This document shows positions 58,800 to 64,000 of a DNA stretch of 64,000 bases, one piece after another. Within the stretch, counting starts at the first letter, position 1. Each line of letters starts with the position of its first letter. Source of the stretch: Oikopleura dioica (taxonomy: Eukaryota > Animalia > Chordata); assembly GCA_907165135.1 (NCBI GenBank), contig OU015567.1:5394001-5458000 (forward strand). Direction: 5' to 3'. The notes beneath the pieces were generated by a model, which did no database searches, was not told the DNA's origin, and saw nothing but the letters and a program-made list of their open reading frames with translations. Position numbers and translations under genes: made by a program.

Positions 58800-59320
58800 A
58801 GCTGAGTTGAGCTGACCTGATTAAAAATTTCTCTGAGCTGAGCTGAGCTGAGCGGACCCTAATTACAGCTGAGCTGAGCTGATTGAGCTGAGCTTAGCTG
58901 TTTTTTGGAAGTAAAGTTGTATTCAAATCACTGAGTTGAGCTGAGCTGACCTGAGAATTGTCTCAGCTGAGCTGACCAGATAAGATCATCTTCCAAAATC
59001 ACTGAGCTGAGCTGAGCTGATTAAAAATTTCTCTGAGCTGAGCTTGCCTATTTAGGAGGTTACTGAGTTGAGCTGAGCTGAGCTGGCCTTTTTCAGAGGT
59101 CATCGAGCGAAGCTGAGCTGAGCGGACTCTAATTACAGCTGAGCTGAGCTGATTGAGCTGAGCTGTTTTTTGGTAGTAAAAGTGTATTCAAATCATTGAG
59201 CTGAACTGAGCAGAGCAGAACAGATCATATTCAAAAATAATTGAGCTGAGAGCAGTCGCTCAGCTCAGTGATTTTGGAAGATGATCTTATCTGCTCAGCT
59301 CAGCTCACTCAGCTCAGCAA
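58800..59320. repeat. GCTGA pentamer minisatellite with ~275-bp higher-order duplication and inverted last block
   Basis: Runs of gagctgagctgagc. The block agcggac.ctaattacagctgagctg...gtattcaaatca occurs twice. 59259-59317 is ctcagctcag. Confidence 0.85.
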
Positions 59321-59998
59321 ATTTGCAACTCTGGCTTGCTCATGTTTTCGTGACAATTTTCTGGCCAACGTTTCTCAGCTCCAGTGGAAATCCAGTGGAC
59401 GACTTTGATAATGTACGGCTTGATGCGATGGTTTTGGTTGACGCTCTATCAAGCGACGGGCCAAGTAAAGAAAGTAAGTGGAGGCAGAGAAGATGACATG
59501 AATCCCGTGAATTTTCAGGTTTCACGACTTGGCACGATGTTTACTCAAGATTCTCGGAACAAATCGGACCCCTCGCTGTGAGAGAATCTGAACTAAAAGA
59601 CAAGAATAGTCACGATACGACACAGCTGCTCAGAATGCATCACTTGGTCGGGCTGCTGGAAATGATGATTCAGGAGAACTTGGTCGATGCCGAATAAAAA
59701 ACTCTCAAAACTGAAAAAAAAAAAACAATTAATCAGACTCAATCAATAATCAAAAAATAAAATTTGATAGGAGACGGATTTTTATGCTTCTTTTTCCGGC
59801 TTCTTCGACGAAATCTGATCGATCAAAAACAGTTTGTTTCTTGCTCCCAAGGTTGAGAAAATAATCCCTTTCGGAAGTATCCCTCTGGCCTGATCCTGAC
59901 AGCTTTGACAAAGTGCTAATTCGTTGTTTGGCCAGGCTTTTGAACTGACCGTATCCTTTCTTCTCGTATCTTCTCTTGAAAAAAAAAAAAGATCTGAG

Positions 59999-61850
59999 AT
60001 GGTCAAGTTTTCGATATTTTATTCTCTTTTAATTCTAAGAGAGTCGGATGCAGCTGGACAGGAAAAGAATATTCTCCCTGGAGCGCTGAAATCAGGAAAT
60101 TGGTCGAAAATTCTAGATATTCACATCAATGATTTATGGCTTGAGGACCATAATTGTTATTTTTTCACTGCAAGTTAATGTATTTTGCAAGCGATTTATT
60201 TGATAAATTCTCTCTATTTTTAATATATCTAGGATTTTCAGGCGCTTTTTTATAATTAATTCTCAATAATTTCACCAAATCAAAAAGTCTGGTCACCAAC
60301 AGCTTGCTCGAGCGATAATGCTTGTAATTCCCTCGTTGATAGAGAAATAACCCCAGAATCTTACATCGAATCCTCTCGTGGAAACGAACATACCGTCACT
60401 ATCAAGGCTCTGATTCTTTTTAATGACCCCCATTCTCGAAAAAAGGAAGAAAAAGAACCAAAGCGAAGTTGAATGATAAGTTTGTGATTTCACGAGTTTT
60501 CGTCTATCCAAGAACACTTCGACCCAATCACAATGGTAAGTCCATCTAAAAATCTTCAAAAAACAATGATTTTACAGTTGGGGAGACCGAAGTTTTGGTC
60601 GGAAACAACAACGACCAAAAACGATGTGGAAACGTTATGAAAAGGGTCGCCACTCTCATCTTACCTTGAATAAGCGAAACCGTGTTGACCAAGAAATAGA
60701 CAGAGCAGATGCCAGAAAAGACACCAGTTCTTTTTCAGTGCAACTCGATTGTTGGAGAGCGAGGTGATACTGTCCAAATCCGATTGAGTGGAAACAGACG
60801 AAGTATCTTATCTCTCTACGAAGTCGAGATTTATGCCTTTCCAACAGTGAGATAACAGAAAAGGAGATAAAAATCATCAGCCTTTAAGGACTTGGACATT
60901 CTTCTGGTCGAATCTCAGTCGCTCGAGAATCAGGCTCTTGAGCACACATTCTTAGGTCCATACAAACGAGTGCTAGAAAAAGTCAGAAATGTTGCGGCTC
61001 GACCAGTTTTTCAAAAATGGGACAACGAAGATATCTTTTTGACGTACTACCGACCTAGGTTTGTACTTAGGGGAAAGGCTTGAGATATTGTTAAAATTCT
61101 AGTGATGCGTGGCATTTCAAGACGAAAAAAATGCTCGGAACTCAAAAGGCCGTAATCATCCTTCGCGGTCAGTACAAAACACACACTCCCATAGGCTTGT
61201 AGCTCATCAATAAGGGACCTAGAATCCCAATTCTGCAATTGATAAGCTCAGAAAGAGGCGAATCATACTTGCATTGCCTACATTCCCTTTCCAACCGGCT
61301 GGGCGTTCGACAAGTGCCGCAATCCAATCACCTTTCGAAAAGTTCCAGTTCATCGGTTCATCACGGTTTCCAACGGTTTCACCAACGCTGGGCCTTTAGA
61401 AGACATTCTCAACGGCGAATATGAGTACTGAATCAGTTCTCCTCCTTGATTTCATTTTTTCTTGCTTCAGATTGGTTCCAGATCAAAAGTCTCGTTTTCC
61501 AAAAAGCGGTGGTCGCCCGGTTTATCGAAACGAGCGCTGGAATTATATTTACTTGCACTACGATGCTGATGAAGTTCAATGGGCATTTACCGAGGTACAC
61601 TTCCTTATTTTAATTCTCAATCATACGAATTTCTTCGTCTTCAGATTCATTCCTCTCAAGATGGAAAAGATGTTTCCTACCCGACTGCTTATGTTGCTTA
61701 TAAAAAACCGAGTTTGACGCCCGACAATTTAAGGGTAAGAAAGCCAAAAAAGAGATTTTCTTCTGATTTTTTGATTGAAATTTTAGTGGTATAAATGCGT
61801 CAGATTGGAGCAAAACGGAGTGGAAAAGTCTTGCGGCGGCTCAGGAATGA
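59999..61850 (+). CDS. Probable multi-exon secreted protein, unresolved
   Basis: Signal-like MVKFSIFYSLLILRESDA, then coding-like blocks FVISRVFVYPR, EVLVGNNNDQKRCGN (weakly F-type-lectin-like) and GGRPVYRNERWNYIYLHY, separated by short introns. Confidence 0.35.
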
Positions 61851-63305
61851 GTCAAAAAAATAATCAATTTTTGAGAGATAGTCAGGACAATTTTGGAAAG
61901 TGATAAAAGTTCAATTTTTGATTCAGTACAAAGTCGAATTTCAGGGGCACGGACCAACTGTCTCGCACTTCGATTATGGTTTTTAGACCCTTTCAAAAAC
62001 TGTATATTTCAGAGCTAAAGCGAAAACCTGACAAATAAAATCTCACTTGATTGGATTGTATAAATTATACAGTATAATATTTTAAATATAAAAATTGTAT
62101 TGCATTATTTTTTTAGAAAAATATTCTTCTTTAGTTCTTTTTCTTCATAAAATTGCAACTTTCTGAAAATCGATGAGTCTCTCTTCTTGATTTATCTCTT
62201 CGTAATTACAAGCCATAGAAAGACGCATGCGGTTTTTCCAGTGGTGACAAGCGACTTTACGAAAAGCGATAAGGGGAGCAACACGTCTAAGAGCGTCTTT
62301 ATCAATTTTCCATGTTCCCATAATTCAAAAAGTCAAAGAGTTCAACAAGCGAAAGGTTGTGAAGGACGCAATGTGGGAACTATCGTGGTTCCGATGTACT
62401 AAACCAGCCGCGGAATACAAAAAACTAACGAGGGTTTTTGGGTTGATTTAAAAGTGTAATCCAACCGCGCGGTTTCATCATGCAATCAGTCAAATCTCCT
62501 TCTTGGAAAGAATGAAGTCACGAAAAAAATGATGGTGCCAATGATATATTTTATGTGGCGATTTCAGGGTAAACAGTAGATTACAGTCGTTGTATAATGA
62601 AAAATGTGTGGAATAGATCAGATCATCGTTCGGCAAATTTTCGAGCCGAAGAAAAGTGTTCTTCTGAAGTTTGATCTTTCTGAAATGATTTTTTTTAAGA
62701 GGGTTATGTCGATATGAATGATTTCCGCCAATTTTTGCAAAAAAATATCAGAGTGACAACCTTATTTTTCCATAAGAAAGAATAGACAAACACTTTTCTT
62801 GATCTGTAGAAAAAATAAGGGTGTCACTATGTTAAATTTATTTGTAAGAATTAGCCCTTTTGTTTATTGATAATTAATCATTTTACCTGGTAAAAGAGAT
62901 TCTGGACTCGTCTTATCCGTTATTTTGAGCATGTCCTTGATGTACTATTCAAGGGTTTTTTACGTTTTTCTTTGAGCGCTAATGATGCTTGTTAATTGAC
63001 ACTTACTAAGAGACAAATTCGCAATAACTCATTAGTTCGGTAATTAATTACGTCTGAAGCGGCCAGGAATAACACATGTTTCAATCAACACTAATTCTTA
63101 TCGCGAATGTTGTTTTAATTACAACATCAATGAAAAGGGAACGTGAGCTACTAGGGTTAAATAAGGATCAAAACCCGTTGCAAAATTGCAGCCATCATAT
63201 TTGGATTTCTGGAATGAAGGTCGTCGATTTCCGATACAAAGATCATAAAACACAGCTTGAGCTTTTTTTCGACGGGACCAAATAAGATAAGACTTTCAAG
63301 ATAGC

Positions 63306-63960
63306 TTAAATTTGAAACGATAAAAATTCGTGGTCCCGGCTTTCCTTGGCGCTGAGGAGGGGAAGCCTGATGGAGTCGAGCGGGTTTAGTTCGTGGCGAA
63401 AGATGACGGATTCTTCGTGCGAAAATCGTTTTCGCAAGATTTTGGACCAGTTGGTAAGGGGGTCGCGGCGGGCGCGCTCGGCAAGGATGACTTCTGTTTT
63501 GCGATTCTTGTTACGCATTATGAAGAACATCTCGTTCGACTTTTCTGAATAGAAATTTCAAAGGGGAGGTTGATTTTTTCGATTTTTTGGTTCAGGTCAT
63601 ATTTTTGAATAAGGGTATCACTATCTTAATTTTTAAAATGTCTTGTCCTGCTCTTGACCTCGAAAACCTGTGTAAAAACCTGAGTCAGGACCTGAATGAG
63701 AAAAAAAGCTTCTTCGGATCCTGACTCAGGTTTTGAACACAGGTTTTTGAGCCCAGCTATCGACATCCCTTGTTAATCCGTTAAATCTAGTTAAGGTGAT
63801 CTCGACATATGAACTACAAAAATGAAAGACACGTCCTCTTCTGTCACGAAAATCCGCTGACTTACTTTTCTTCCTGTAATCTCCTAGAATCTCCTGTTTT
63901 TGCCTGACTCGCGCAACACGTGACTTCACCAAAGCTTCGAGCGCTTGTTTCAAGTGTTCA
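63306..63960 (-). CDS. 3' exons of an unidentified gene entering from the right edge
   Basis: Two coding-like blocks (track ORFs 63726-63953 and 63306-63530) around an intron that contains the 63666-63744 mini repeat. Confidence 0.3.
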
Positions 63961-64000
63961 CAGAAGCTGATTCAAATTCAATTTGCGAATTTCACGTTCC

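Overview
Eukaryotic genomic DNA, AT-rich and very compact, with 38-70 bp introns that include GA-AG types. This pattern suggests a larvacean tunicate such as Oikopleura (inference, no search run). The window is dominated by one complete Maverick/Polinton-type endogenous DNA virus at 18156-48030 (29,875 bp), with perfect 49-bp TIRs starting AGTAGT and a 6-bp CCAGTG target-site duplication. It encodes a packaging ATPase, rve integrase, putative minor capsid, adenain protease, double-jelly-roll major capsid and protein-primed PolB. The ORF track shows these genes as fragments, but many are spliced. By hand, pPolB assembles into a 13-exon, 1304-aa frame with two GA-AG introns and an 11-nt micro-exon. 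A 9-exon single-pass membrane protein gene and a 50-aa basic core-like peptide are essentially invisible in the track. The right ~8.6 kb of the element has no recognisable viral genes and carries host-type repeats. The element is inserted in an exon of a secreted Gla-plus-Kelch host gene. That gene is one of four local Kelch-propeller paralogues with swapped N-terminal modules (ZP-like twice, Gla, Cys-rich). Other host genes are a GH16 beta-1,3-glucanase, an SLC7 amino-acid transporter, two duplicated sulfotransferase-family genes, a two-domain saposin-like protein and a RING-HC protein. There are also several MITE/foldback repeats and a GCTGA minisatellite. All gene models are manual and unverified by transcripts.
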